IMG/VR virus record: IMGVR_UViG_3300047557_002430
Span: 23,089 to 87,088 of that record
From: a virus
Strand: one strand, 5' to 3'
DNA: 64,000 bases
The notes below the pieces were generated by a model, which did not search any database, had not been told where the DNA came from, and was given only the letters and a program-made list of their open reading frames with translations. Shown in pieces: positions 26,672-35,561 of this stretch (the stretch's first letter is position 1; the number at the start of each line of letters is the position of its first letter). Made by a program: the position numbers and the translations under genes.

Positions 26672-27215
26672 TTTTAAATTGTGCAATATGTTGTTCTGTA
26701 TTTAAATAATGAGGAAGATATAGAATAAACCCTAGACAACGAGTTCCACCTAGTTTGGGTAGCCCAGGACTGTCTATGAGCAGATCAGGATGATTTTTTA
26801 GAACGCAGATCGGTAAATCTATATCTAATTTTTGAGTGACTAATAAAGCGACTTCGGTAGACGTCAAGAAAATTATGGCTTGCTCGAACTCTCCTCTCCT
26901 GTACTTACGTAAACACTCTTCTAGCCACACTCGTTGAGCAGACTTTTGAAATCGTCTGCGACGAGTAAATAATAAGGTTTCTTTAGGTTGCTCCGTGGCA
27001 GTTAAAAAGTCTCTAGGAGGATAAAGGTAGACGTTTTTAGCCTTCCAAGTTTGCGCTAAACCATTCTCTTTAATCGTGAAGTATCTGTATGCGTTAATTA
27101 AAGTATTAGCCTCTGAGCTTGATGCAGGATCTAGATCAATCTGACCATCAAAAAAAGAGGTTGTTACTCCCACGACGTTCGCAGGAGAGACAAAATCAAT
27201 CTCGGATAATGGCAT
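26637..27215 (-). CDS. Phage Dam-like N6-adenine methyltransferase homologue with degenerate catalytic motif
   Basis: IDLDPASS..AN, NGLAQ.W, EQAI.. pattern; motif IV reads YPPR instead of NPPY. Confidence 0.6.
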   Translation of the reverse strand: MPLSEIDFVSPANVVGVTTSFFDGQIDLDPASSSEANTLINAYRYFTIKENGLAQTWKAKNVYLYPPRDFLTATEQPKETLLFTRRRRFQKSAQRVWLEECLRKYRRGEFEQAIIFLTSTEVALLVTQKLDIDLPICVLKNHPDLLIDSPGLPKLGGTRCLGFILYLPHYLNTEQHIAQFKTMYTSLGRVYC

Positions 27216-27642
27216 TAGAGAATTCGTTTAGTCGCTCTTCTGCAGCATTTAAATCGATTAAATGAATACTCATAGCTTCTCTATTAACCAAGACGACTAC
27301 GGCAACCTCATTTTTTTGTTCTTTATCCACTACAACTAAAAGCTTCTCTAGGAATTGTTTGAGCTGATCATCCATTATTTCCTCTGCGAGAGCTATGTCC
27401 TTCCTGATGTCGGACACAGACATATAGGTACTGGCTTCAGGAGCCGAGGGGTTAAAGAAGAGTGCACCCGCTCCTTCAGCTTTTTTAAACTCGTCGTGGA
27501 GAGTAACGATATCTCCCACGATCATCTTTACAGCATTTAAAGCTATACGATTTTGTACTTCGCTTTTTCCGAAAATACTGTTAGCTAATTTAGAAGCGGG
27601 CTGACTCTTGCTCATAATTAATACCCTGTGAAAGAAGTCCAA
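27196..27642 (-). CDS. Hypothetical protein
   Basis: About 139-148 aa; probable start MSKSQP; coupled to neighbours. Confidence 0.6.
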   Translation of the reverse strand: MDFFHRVLIMSKSQPASKLANSIFGKSEVQNRIALNAVKMIVGDIVTLHDEFKKAEGAGALFFNPSAPEASTYMSVSDIRKDIALAEEIMDDQLKQFLEKLLVVVDKEQKNEVAVVVLVNREAMSIHLIDLNAAEERLNEFSNAIIRD

Positions 27643-27926
27643 GCGTCCTTGAGCACTTTAGCGGCATCGAACAAGAAATTACTTGTGTTGGTTTCCGTAG
27701 GATCTAATTTGCAGTAGTGTCTGCCTTCGACTAAACCAGATGTTCCCTTAGAAGTTACTCCCTGATAAATTAACTTATCTACAGTTACTGGGGAGACACC
27801 TAAACGCGCAGCGATCGCCTTCTTGTTAACAAATGCTGTAGTGACTCCGCCCGCATTTGTGTTGGCGATGATCTGGAGGCTTGTGTCGATGTTCTTTAGA
27901 ACATCCAGCAGTTCTTTCGGAAACAT
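27618..27926 (-). CDS. HTH DNA-binding protein (excisionase/MerR-like)
   Basis: Likely start MFPKELL; IAARLGVS..TV ... LVEGRHY. Confidence 0.65.
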   Translation of the reverse strand: MFPKELLDVLKNIDTSLQIIANTNAGGVTTAFVNKKAIAARLGVSPVTVDKLIYQGVTSKGTSGLVEGRHYCKLDPTETNTSNFLFDAAKVLKDAWTSFTGY

Positions 27927-28065
27927 AAAAAAAGATGTGGAGGCTGCCAAAGCACTTGACGTCAAGCACTTCGGTTCACTTACGGCAGATCGGAAACGGT
28001 AAAAACGATCTGCGCCCCCACGGTACTAGCTCACGACCGTTCTTGCTAGAGCTAGTAGCCTTATT

Positions 28066-28491
28066 CTAAGGTTGTCGTAACCATTGAGCATCAGATAAAT
28101 CCGATATCGGTGTGGTTTTACGGGTGTACCCTACTCGCACAGATTTAAATATATCTGATGATTCAAACCGTGACCTATGATGCGCTGGGTTCACGCAACC
28201 AACTGTGCGACAAATTCGCTTCAGCTTAAAGTTTCCTACGTCTCCTTTATAAAAGGCATATAGAACGTTTTCTATTCGCATTTTCTTTTTATTGAGTCTC
28301 AGCGTCGTATAGTTTGACTTCCAACAATCCGCTAAGTCTCTATTTTGCAGCGTTAGCTGACTGAATAAGGCCCTTAGTTCTGGTGTGATTTGGTTTAGAT
28401 CAGGTTCAAAAGGCGGATTGTCTATCTCTTTAAGACAATCCGCGCACACTGTATCTGTTTTGTTGTGAAAACGATTCCGAATGCAGGTCAA
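28066..28491 (-). CDS. His-Me finger Zn-loop (HNH-derived) protein lacking catalytic His
   Basis: DCW ... KRICRTVGCVNPAH. Confidence 0.6.
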   Translation of the reverse strand: MTCIRNRFHNKTDTVCADCLKEIDNPPFEPDLNQITPELRALFSQLTLQNRDLADCWKSNYTTLRLNKKKMRIENVLYAFYKGDVGNFKLKRICRTVGCVNPAHHRSRFESSDIFKSVRVGYTRKTTPISDLSDAQWLRQP

Positions 28492-28907
28492 AGGAGAGAC
28501 TCTAGTTGCTCCACAAAATCCTTAGGTTCGTCGATCAGCAGTTGGATGACCTTGTTAACTTTGACGCCCACATCAATCGTGTTGGCTTTGCGTTTATTAA
28601 GCAAAAGCCAATACTTATATGCGTTAAGCATGTAAAGATGCGTTTGTTTTGCTCGAAGTGCCTGTGCTTTCCAGCGTTCGAATTCAAAACTAGATGAATG
28701 CCGACTGCTGCCGGTCTTTAATTCGAGTTCTCGAACCTCAATTTGAAGGTCAATATCGCGGATCGTGTACTCTGTCGCAGAGATCTTGGCCTCACACTCG
28801 TGGAGAGAAGTCGGCTCAGGGTTGTCCGAATAAATCCACGTGGGGAGATTTTCAATGATGTACTCTTTAGACCAGAGACACGGTTTTGTTTCCTGCTCGT
28901 AAGTCAT
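28488..28907 (-). CDS. Coiled-coil hypothetical protein
   Basis: 139 aa; ATGA-coupled on both sides. Confidence 0.6.
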   Translation of the reverse strand: MTYEQETKPCLWSKEYIIENLPTWIYSDNPEPTSLHECEAKISATEYTIRDIDLQIEVRELELKTGSSRHSSSFEFERWKAQALRAKQTHLYMLNAYKYWLLLNKRKANTIDVGVKVNKVIQLLIDEPKDFVEQLESLL

Positions 28908-29236
28908 AGATCTAGAACTGAGCGAATAACTGTATTGAAATTGCCGTTTATGACATAAAGAACATGTGACTCAAACGAGACCTTAATGACCAGCCCGTAT
29001 TTTTGGAGCTGTTTTAAATCCCGTAAGAGTTTTTGTTTAGAGAAACCAATTTCACTAAGAAGTTCTTTTGTCGATAAAGGCTGACGGAAGTTTAGCAGGT
29101 GTATCAACTCCGCGTGAAACCTTATGCAAGCAGTGATTTTTTTAAATTGGTGATCGTTCTTAGAGAAAGCGAACAGTTGTATTTTATTTCGAGCATTTGC
29201 TTCATGATTTTGGGGTTCACGTTGTTCATAGTCCAT
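28904..29236 (-). CDS. Winged-helix HTH protein
   Basis: PLS.KEL..EIG.SK..L.R.LK.L...GLV. Confidence 0.7.
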   Translation of the reverse strand: MDYEQREPQNHEANARNKIQLFAFSKNDHQFKKITACIRFHAELIHLLNFRQPLSTKELLSEIGFSKQKLLRDLKQLQKYGLVIKVSFESHVLYVINGNFNTVIRSVLDL

Positions 29237-29781
29237 TTGTAGACATCCTTTTTCATTTCGGGTGTTACTTTTGCCGCCGGGCTTGCGGCCAGCATCATAT
29301 GGTAAGGATTAACGCATAAGGGATCACTGCATGTAGAAAGAATCTTATCAGAGCGCTTCAGCTCGACGTTAAAGAATTTGGAATAAACGAAGCGCCGTGG
29401 ACGCATTACTGTGTTTTTATCTGTGTCAACCAATCGGCAGAAGTCTTTAGGAAGGTGCAGGTGCGCTTCCTTAGTTATCGAAGGTTTGTTTTGCGTGAAC
29501 CAGACGCCGATTTTATCGGAGGGTGTTTTTGCGTTTTTAAGTTCTTGTAAACATGTCTGGCACGCGTATAAACCTGAGGATGGGTGAATTTTACGTAAAT
29601 CAGAAAGCGCAATTAGATAAGGGGCTGACCGTTGACACTTACAAGTAAACCGAACTGTCTCTGTAAATACCTCAACCTTGAAGGAATCAAGGGTATAGCA
29701 CTCCTGTACTACCGAATCGGGGGGCTTAGCGGGGTGCGGCTCAAGCAGACCGAAGACTGCGATCAGGTTCATGGGGCTCAT
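29122..29781 (-). CDS. Zn-finger + degenerate His-Me finger + C-terminal HTH protein
   Basis: CKC..CQTC; ILSTCSDPLCVNPYH; AKVT ... SLSLRTI. Confidence 0.6.
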   Translation of the reverse strand: MSPMNLIAVFGLLEPHPAKPPDSVVQECYTLDSFKVEVFTETVRFTCKCQRSAPYLIALSDLRKIHPSSGLYACQTCLQELKNAKTPSDKIGVWFTQNKPSITKEAHLHLPKDFCRLVDTDKNTVMRPRRFVYSKFFNVELKRSDKILSTCSDPLCVNPYHMMLAASPAAKVTPEMKKDVYKWTMNNVNPKIMKQMLEIKYNCSLSLRTITNLKKSLLA

Positions 29782-30152
29782 GTAGTGACACCTAGTGCTC
29801 TAGTGCTCACACAAGGATAGCACGGTCCAACTGGCTTTAAAAAGAAACTTTTTTCTGACTGGATCTGGTTAACGCGTTTTGCCACCTTATTGGAGTTTTT
29901 AAATCTGTTGGGTAACTGGGCTATTTAAAAATCCAGCCGGGCTGGAAACTTAGAAACGCGTTGTATTATATAATTTAATTTTAAATTAATTTAAATAACC
30001 CTGCTTACACGCAATTCACGTTAAGTGAAGCGGCCGAATAAAAAGTTTTTTCGACTCAGTTTGCCAGGAGAAGCGGCGTGGTAGTACGCAATTTAAGCAT
30101 TCCTTTAGATGCTGTGTTACTGTTGGTTCAGTAGAGCCCTTAAAGGTCCGCC
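29782..30152. promoter_or_regulatory. Large noncoding strand-switch region with AT tract (divergent promoters; candidate origin)
   Basis: About 370 nt without ORFs between divergent blocks; 35-nt pure A/T run at 29964-29998; palindromes aacgcgtt (x2) and tccagccgggctgga. Confidence 0.5.
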
Positions 30153-30317
30153 ATGACTTCAATACCCACTAAGGACTCAGCATTCGTAGAGACTCCAGAA
30201 ACCGATTTTTGGCAAGAGTGTCGTAAGCGCGCTCAGGAACTGGGTATCCCTGCCTGGAAACTCGCTGAGGAGGGCTTCACTCATTGGGGTGTTGACAAGG
30301 AGACACCGGTTCGGTAG
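30153..30317 (+). CDS. Small hypothetical protein (54 aa)
   Basis: MTSIPTKDS...FWQECRKRAQELGIPAWKLAEE; below ORF-track cutoff; RHH-like appearance. Confidence 0.55.
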   Translation: MTSIPTKDSAFVETPETDFWQECRKRAQELGIPAWKLAEEGFTHWGVDKETPVR

Positions 30318-30345
30318 TCTAGTCCTGCATTTTTTGAATTTTTAA

Positions 30346-30693
30346 ATGCAGGAAGCTGGGACTCTAGAGGACCGGACTGACCGGTTTCGCCAGGTATACG
30401 AACTTTATCTAGATGGGATGTCGTTTCGTGAAATCGGGGCAAAGTTTGGTGTTTCGCACGAATGTATTAGACAGTTGCTTAAGCGGGGTTCAACAGTTGA
30501 GGAATATAAGGTTCTGAAACTGTACGCTGATAAAAGGCGCGGCAGAACCTGGCAGACTACAGAAGCTATAAATCTGCTTAACGAAGGAAACTCCTGTTCT
30601 CAGGTAGCTAAAATCCTTGGTGTTTCGCTTAGCGCTGTAAAACGTCTTTCGACTGAGTACAACAAAAAGAAAAAGTTAGAGCAAATTAGCTAG
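30346..30693 (+). CDS. Double HTH (sigma region 4-like) DNA-binding protein
   Basis: GMSFREIG.KFGVS.E.IRQ and GNS.SQVA.ILGVS.S.VKR. Confidence 0.8.
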   Translation: MQEAGTLEDRTDRFRQVYELYLDGMSFREIGAKFGVSHECIRQLLKRGSTVEEYKVLKLYADKRRGRTWQTTEAINLLNEGNSCSQVAKILGVSLSAVKRLSTEYNKKKKLEQIS

Positions 30694-30753
30694 AGTTCTT
30701 CTTAAAAGAGCTAAACTTAACTCTAGGAGGCTCTCAGTTACTCAGGGACTACA

Positions 30754-31677
30754 ATGGGAGCTTGTCCACATTACCCTAGTCGTCACAGTTTTCATACACC
30801 GAATTTTGAAGGGGCTATTGCGGCCCTTGTACAATGTATTTATACGGTCAGCGGCGTGGGCACAACCTCTTTCACGATTGATCCCTCGGGGTATGCCTCT
30901 AACTTCGAGGGCTTAGTTCAGTGCATCGAGGACTTAAATTTTACGCTTAGTGGAGTTAGCGCTGGCGGAGGTGTTTCCTCTATTCAGGCTGGTTCCGGCA
31001 TTTATTTCAGCAGCAGCGGCACAGCTACCGTAATTAATGCCTCTGTTACTTCGGCCTCTGGTATTTCCTTTACAGCAGGGTCTGGCCTTTATTTAGTTGG
31101 TAGCCAGTTCAACATCAACTATGACAATGTATTTCAGGGTTCAGTCTCTGGTCATATCCTTGGCGCTGGTGATAACACTGTTAGCTATAGCGGCAACACC
31201 GTAACGATTAGCGGAAGCGGAACAACCGGAGGCGGTGGCGGCGGAGGAGTGTCCGTTGTGGTCTCCGGTTCGCCTGGCGTTGGGTACACGAACGGTTCGC
31301 TTTGGTTCGATACTAACCAGGGGCGGATGTTTGTGTACGCCAGTGGCAATGGCGTTACTTCAGCGCCTGACTGGTATCAGACGAACGCCGAGGCTCTTGC
31401 CTACAAGAGCGAGCAGCCGCCCTCTGGAACCGGCGCCAATGCTCCCGCTCGCGACGGTAGCCTCTGGTTTAACACCCTGCTGGGCTCGCTCTTCGTCTAC
31501 GACGCGACAACCAGCGGTTGGTACGAAACCGGACCTAGCCGGGGTATTAGCTACAGCGTCGCCGCACCTGCTCCCAGCACTGAGGGTGCTATCTGGGTTC
31601 AGTCTTCTACGAGTCTGGTCAAGGTTTGGAACGGCTCTTCGTGGGCTGACATTAACATTGATGGAGGGGTTTACTAA
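30754..31677 (+). CDS. Fibre/appendage protein, SG-rich
   Basis: Repeated GSLWF.T..G.[ML]FVY and KVWNG..W fibre motifs; ends IDGGVY; 15 SG. Confidence 0.75.
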   Translation: MGACPHYPSRHSFHTPNFEGAIAALVQCIYTVSGVGTTSFTIDPSGYASNFEGLVQCIEDLNFTLSGVSAGGGVSSIQAGSGIYFSSSGTATVINASVTSASGISFTAGSGLYLVGSQFNINYDNVFQGSVSGHILGAGDNTVSYSGNTVTISGSGTTGGGGGGGVSVVVSGSPGVGYTNGSLWFDTNQGRMFVYASGNGVTSAPDWYQTNAEALAYKSEQPPSGTGANAPARDGSLWFNTLLGSLFVYDATTSGWYETGPSRGISYSVAAPAPSTEGAIWVQSSTSLVKVWNGSSWADINIDGGVY

Positions 31678-31679
31678 TC

Positions 31680-32321
31680 ATGCCTAACAGACAGCTTTGT
31701 AAGCGTACGGCGTCTGGTGTCCTTACAGGGCAGCCCTTAGTTGGTGAACTGGTTTTAAATACTGCTTCTGGTTATTTATATACAACTAGGGATGACGGCA
31801 GTTTAGTCTTAATTAACGGCTTAATTCCCGGCCCCAGTGGAGTACAAGGTCCAACAGGCAGCGGTCTTGTGCCGTTTTATGGCAATTTTTATGACACAAC
31901 TACACAGACTAATGCTTCGGGTACTGCTGTAAATAAAATTTCCTATAATACCACTGTTGAAGCTAACGGTGTCTCTGTTGTTTCGGGGTCTTTAATACAA
32001 GTTTCTAATTCTGGCGTATATAACATTCAGTTTTCGGCTCAGGTAGATAAAACTAACGCTAGTTCTGAAGATGTTTTTATTTGGCTTGCCAAAAACAATT
32101 CCAATGTTTCTAACTCGAATACTTCATTAACTATTCAAGGTAACAACACTCGTTTAGTTGCTAGCTGGAACTGGTTTTTAACTATGGACCGCAATGAACA
32201 CGCCGAGTTGCGATGGCATTCGACGGACACAACAGTTCGTTTGTTGTATTCTGGCGGTGCTAATTTACCTACCCGTCCTGCAATTCCTTCTGTTATTCTT
32301 ACAGTTAACCGAGTTGCTTGA
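31680..32321 (+). CDS. Fibre protein with short collagen stretch and C1q/BclA-like C-terminal domain
   Basis: KRT..P..GEL N-domain, GPSGVQGPTG, GVYNIQFSAQ ... IWL.KN ... PAIPSVILTV. Confidence 0.75.
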   Translation: MPNRQLCKRTASGVLTGQPLVGELVLNTASGYLYTTRDDGSLVLINGLIPGPSGVQGPTGSGLVPFYGNFYDTTTQTNASGTAVNKISYNTTVEANGVSVVSGSLIQVSNSGVYNIQFSAQVDKTNASSEDVFIWLAKNNSNVSNSNTSLTIQGNNTRLVASWNWFLTMDRNEHAELRWHSTDTTVRLLYSGGANLPTRPAIPSVILTVNRVA

Positions 32322-32365
32322 CGTTTCTGGATTTGCCGTTACACTAACCGGGTTGCTTTTGCTCC

Positions 32366-32491
32366 ATGGCAAAACCCAAATCTAACGTCGTCAAAATCGA
32401 ATCCAAGCCTAAGACAACTTCGATTGGGCACGGGATTAACTCGCGCCCGGCCCGCCGAGGCAAAAAAAGATATCGCGGCCAGGGGCGTTAA
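32366..32491 (+). CDS. Small basic cyanophage-type protein (KRYRGQG, 41 aa)
   Basis: MAKPKS...PKTTSIG.G ... KKRYRGQGR; below ORF-track cutoff. Confidence 0.7.
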   Translation: MAKPKSNVVKIESKPKTTSIGHGINSRPARRGKKRYRGQGR

Positions 32492-32515
32492 ACTTTAAGT
32501 AGATCTAAGGTCGAG

Positions 32516-32998
32516 ATGTCGTTAGTCACTTTTAGGCCAGGCGAAAACATCTCGACCGGTGATGTCGTCTTCGTTGGTGTAAGCGGGCTCGCTTTTAAAG
32601 CCAACGCTATTTATTCGGATCAAGCCTCTGCTGTCGGTATCGCTACAACTCCCGGCACGTTCGGCTCTGGTTTCCGCGTGGACACCGACGGTGTTTACGC
32701 CAATTACTCGGGGTTAACTCCATCGGATAATCAGTATGTTGCTCTTACACCTTCGGGTGGTATTGCAACGTATAGCGGTTTTGTTGATCAGTTAAGTCTT
32801 TCGTTTATTCCTGGCGCTTACCTAACCGTTATTGGACGCGCTCTTTCTGCATCAGGAGTTTCCATTGAGCGTGGGCGACCTATTTTCATTAACAACACAG
32901 CGTCTCGACTTTTTCTTGAGTCAGGTACTGTTATTGTTGGGGATGCTATGCTTTTAGAGGATGGTTCCTTTATTGATTTAGAAACCAACACTCCGTAA
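32516..32998 (+). CDS. Capsid cement/head-fibre-like (DUF2190-like) protein
   Basis: GENI..GD.V.V..SG...KA.A ... AVGIA ... G.LTP pattern. Confidence 0.6.
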   Translation: MSLVTFRPGENISTGDVVFVGVSGLAFKANAIYSDQASAVGIATTPGTFGSGFRVDTDGVYANYSGLTPSDNQYVALTPSGGIATYSGFVDQLSLSFIPGAYLTVIGRALSASGVSIERGRPIFINNTASRLFLESGTVIVGDAMLLEDGSFIDLETNTP

Positions 32999-33003
32999 TT
33001 GCA

Positions 33004-33771
33004 ATGCCTAATCAGAAGATATCTCAGTTAGCTGCAATTACAACGTTAGTAAGCGGTGATTATTTTCCCGTTGTACAAGCTTCTGGAACCACAAATAAAC
33101 GTGTTGGCGTAGACGTTCTTGACGGTCGTTATTATTCGACCGCAAGCGGTGCCGCTGCTTTAAGTCGGGCTAATGAGGCTTTAGCTTCTGGTAACGCCGG
33201 TATTTTAAATGCTGGTCTTGCGCAGGCGTCTGGTAACGCTGCTTTAGCTTCTGGTAACGCCGCTTTAGTTCTGGGATCCCTAGCTTTAGCGTCTGGAAAC
33301 CTCGGTATTGCTAATGCTGCGACAGCTTTAGCTTCGGGTAACGCTGCGCTCGTTTCTGCGGCTTCTAGGCTGAGTCTTGGCGGCGGTACTCTTTCTGGCG
33401 CCCTAAATATTTCTGGATCGCTTGACGCTTCCGGTGTCATTCGTGATCAAATCGGAAACGTTCGCGCTATTCCTCAAACCTCCGTGGGGACGAGCACATA
33501 TACACTCGTTTCTGGTGATATTGGTAAGCATATTTCTATTGCTTCCGGCGTAGTTACAGTTCCCAGCGGTGTGTTCACTGTTGGCGCTGCCGTTTCTATT
33601 TTCAACAACTCCTCTGGTACTCAGGTCGTAAGCGGTCAGGCTGGTATTACTCTTCGTCAAGCTGGTACTACAAATACAGGCCAGCGTTCCGTTGCAGCAT
33701 ACGGTTTAACAACAGTACTTTGTGTTGATAACACGCAAATTTTTGTTATTACTGGCGCTGGAATTAGCTGA
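33004..33771 (+). CDS. Fibre protein with LASGNAA repeats
   Basis: KISQL N-motif, LSLGGGTLSG fibre motif, YTLV..D.GKHI C-domain; 16 SG. Confidence 0.75.
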   Translation: MPNQKISQLAAITTLVSGDYFPVVQASGTTNKRVGVDVLDGRYYSTASGAAALSRANEALASGNAGILNAGLAQASGNAALASGNAALVLGSLALASGNLGIANAATALASGNAALVSAASRLSLGGGTLSGALNISGSLDASGVIRDQIGNVRAIPQTSVGTSTYTLVSGDIGKHISIASGVVTVPSGVFTVGAAVSIFNNSSGTQVVSGQAGITLRQAGTTNTGQRSVAAYGLTTVLCVDNTQIFVITGAGIS

Positions 33772-34616
33772 TGGGGATACTGCAGGCTTTACTAGCATCT
33801 GGCGGTTCGGCTGCACCTAGTACAGTCGAATACCTTGTCGTTGCTGGCGGCGGCGGTGGGGGTGGGCGCTATTACGCTGGTGGCGGCGGTGCTGGCGGCT
33901 ATCGAACAGCTACAGGGCTTGCGGTTACTACAGGAACACCCTTAACCGTAACTGTTGGAGGAGGCGGTCCTGGCGGTGCCGGTAGTGCCACACGCGGAAC
34001 GCAAGGCACTGACTCAGTATTTAGTTCGATTACATCGACCGGCGGCGGCGGCGGCGGTTCTTATAGCACGGCAGCTAAAGGCGGCAGCGGCGGTTCTGGC
34101 GGTGGTAATAGTGGTTACGATACAGGGACAGCGGGCGCAGGGACTGTTGGACAAGGCAACAACGGCGGCTCCGGCGGAACCTATGGCGGCGGCGGTGGTG
34201 GTGGTGCGGGAGGCGCAGGTAGTAATGGTCCCGGTAACTCCATAGGCGGCACAGGAGGAATTGGTCTCCAATCCTCGATTACAGGTACGGCAACTTATTA
34301 CGCTGGCGGTGGTGGTGGCGCTAACGGCCAATTAGGAACAGGAAACGGCGCAGCGGGCGGTTTAGGCGGCGGTGGCCGAGGATCCAGCACAAACGTCACA
34401 GGCACCGCAGGTACTGCAAACACAGGCGGCGGCGGTGGCGGCGCTAATGGTATTGATGGTGTATTTAACGGCCAAAACGGAGGATCCGGTATCGTTATTA
34501 TTCGGTATCCATCGACTTTCGGCGCCGCCGCAGCCACCACAGGAAGCCCCACCGTGGTCGTCTCTGGAGGTTTCCGTATTTACACTTGGACAAGCAGCGG
34601 GAGCATTACGTTCTGA
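33771..34616 (+). CDS. Glycine-rich (polyglycine) fibre/receptor-binding protein
   Basis: VEYLVVAGGGGGG ... GGSGIVIIRYP ... IYTWTSSGSITF. Confidence 0.8.
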   Translation: MGILQALLASGGSAAPSTVEYLVVAGGGGGGGRYYAGGGGAGGYRTATGLAVTTGTPLTVTVGGGGPGGAGSATRGTQGTDSVFSSITSTGGGGGGSYSTAAKGGSGGSGGGNSGYDTGTAGAGTVGQGNNGGSGGTYGGGGGGGAGGAGSNGPGNSIGGTGGIGLQSSITGTATYYAGGGGGANGQLGTGNGAAGGLGGGGRGSSTNVTGTAGTANTGGGGGGANGIDGVFNGQNGGSGIVIIRYPSTFGAAAATTGSPTVVVSGGFRIYTWTSSGSITF

Positions 34617-34984
34617 TGGCACACTTTGCAGAACTTGATTCCACTAATATTGTTCTGCGCGTAGTCGTCGTCGGTAATTCCGATTGTTTAGACAGCTCTG
34701 GTGCGGAATCTGAAGCTGTTGGCGTTGCTTTCTGCCAAAGCCTTTTTGGCGCTGAGACACGGTGGAAGCAGACAAGTTACAACAACAGATTCCGGAAGCG
34801 TTATGCCGGGATTGGCTATACCTACGACGAAACCTTAGACGCTTTTATTCCTCCAAAACCGTACCCGAGCTGGGGGTTAAATTCTGATACCTGTGATTGG
34901 GAGGCGCCTGTTCCGTATCCTAATGATGGCAATCTTTATAGTTGGAATGAGGAAACCCTTAGTTGGGTTCCTGTTCCAATCTAA
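34616..34984 (+). CDS. Partner of glycine-rich fibre (putative assembly chaperone)
   Basis: Start MAHFAELD (TGATG-coupled); WKQTSYN ... YAGIGY.YD..LDAFI.P.P.PSW ... W.APV..P. Confidence 0.75.
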   Translation: MAHFAELDSTNIVLRVVVVGNSDCLDSSGAESEAVGVAFCQSLFGAETRWKQTSYNNRFRKRYAGIGYTYDETLDAFIPPKPYPSWGLNSDTCDWEAPVPYPNDGNLYSWNEETLSWVPVPI

Positions 34985-35031
34985 ACCTCCCGCTCTGTTT
35001 ATAATTTAAGTAGCAATTTGAGATACATATT

Positions 35032-35535
35032 GTGACTGATCGGGCGATATTTAACCGAAAATATACCGACTATACACCTGCATCTACTCAGGTCTGGTTA
35101 GTTAACGGGGCTGGTGTTACAACACTTCCTGTAAAAAGCCAGACTTTTGTCGCAGGCACTAACTTGATTCAAGGTGACGCCGTTTATGTCAGCGGCACAC
35201 AAGTTTTCCCCGCCACCGCTGCTAGCGGAGACGCTTCATTCAAGGTAAATGCGGTTGGGTTTACGACGACTTCCGCTACCGTCACAAGCGGAGTCAGCGT
35301 GGTGTTCGATGATATTGCTTTAATTAGTTCATCGAATTTGGTTGGTGAGACCCAGATGGTTCCCGGCCAGTATTACTATCTGTCTAAATTTGCCGGAAAG
35401 ATAACACAGTACGTTACAGCTTCTGGTTCTGTTACAGCGTCTGGGGGGTACTCTAACTTAGTTTCGTTAGGAGTTGCTTTAAGTCCTTCTGAGTTAGCTG
35501 TGATGATTGCTCAACCCGTTAATTTGTACGGTTAA
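35032..35535 (+). CDS. Capsid cement/head-fibre-like protein
   Basis: AG..L.QGDAVYV ... AVGF ... PG.YYYLS ... LGVALS; paralogous pattern to 32516. Confidence 0.6.
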   Translation: MTDRAIFNRKYTDYTPASTQVWLVNGAGVTTLPVKSQTFVAGTNLIQGDAVYVSGTQVFPATAASGDASFKVNAVGFTTTSATVTSGVSVVFDDIALISSSNLVGETQMVPGQYYYLSKFAGKITQYVTASGSVTASGGYSNLVSLGVALSPSELAVMIAQPVNLYG

Positions 35536-35561
35536 TCGTATAATTTAGAAAAGGGTATGTC

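Noticed and set aside
27811-27818. HIP1 octamer GCGATCGC as a host signature
   Set aside because: Only one copy noticed by eye, consistent with chance
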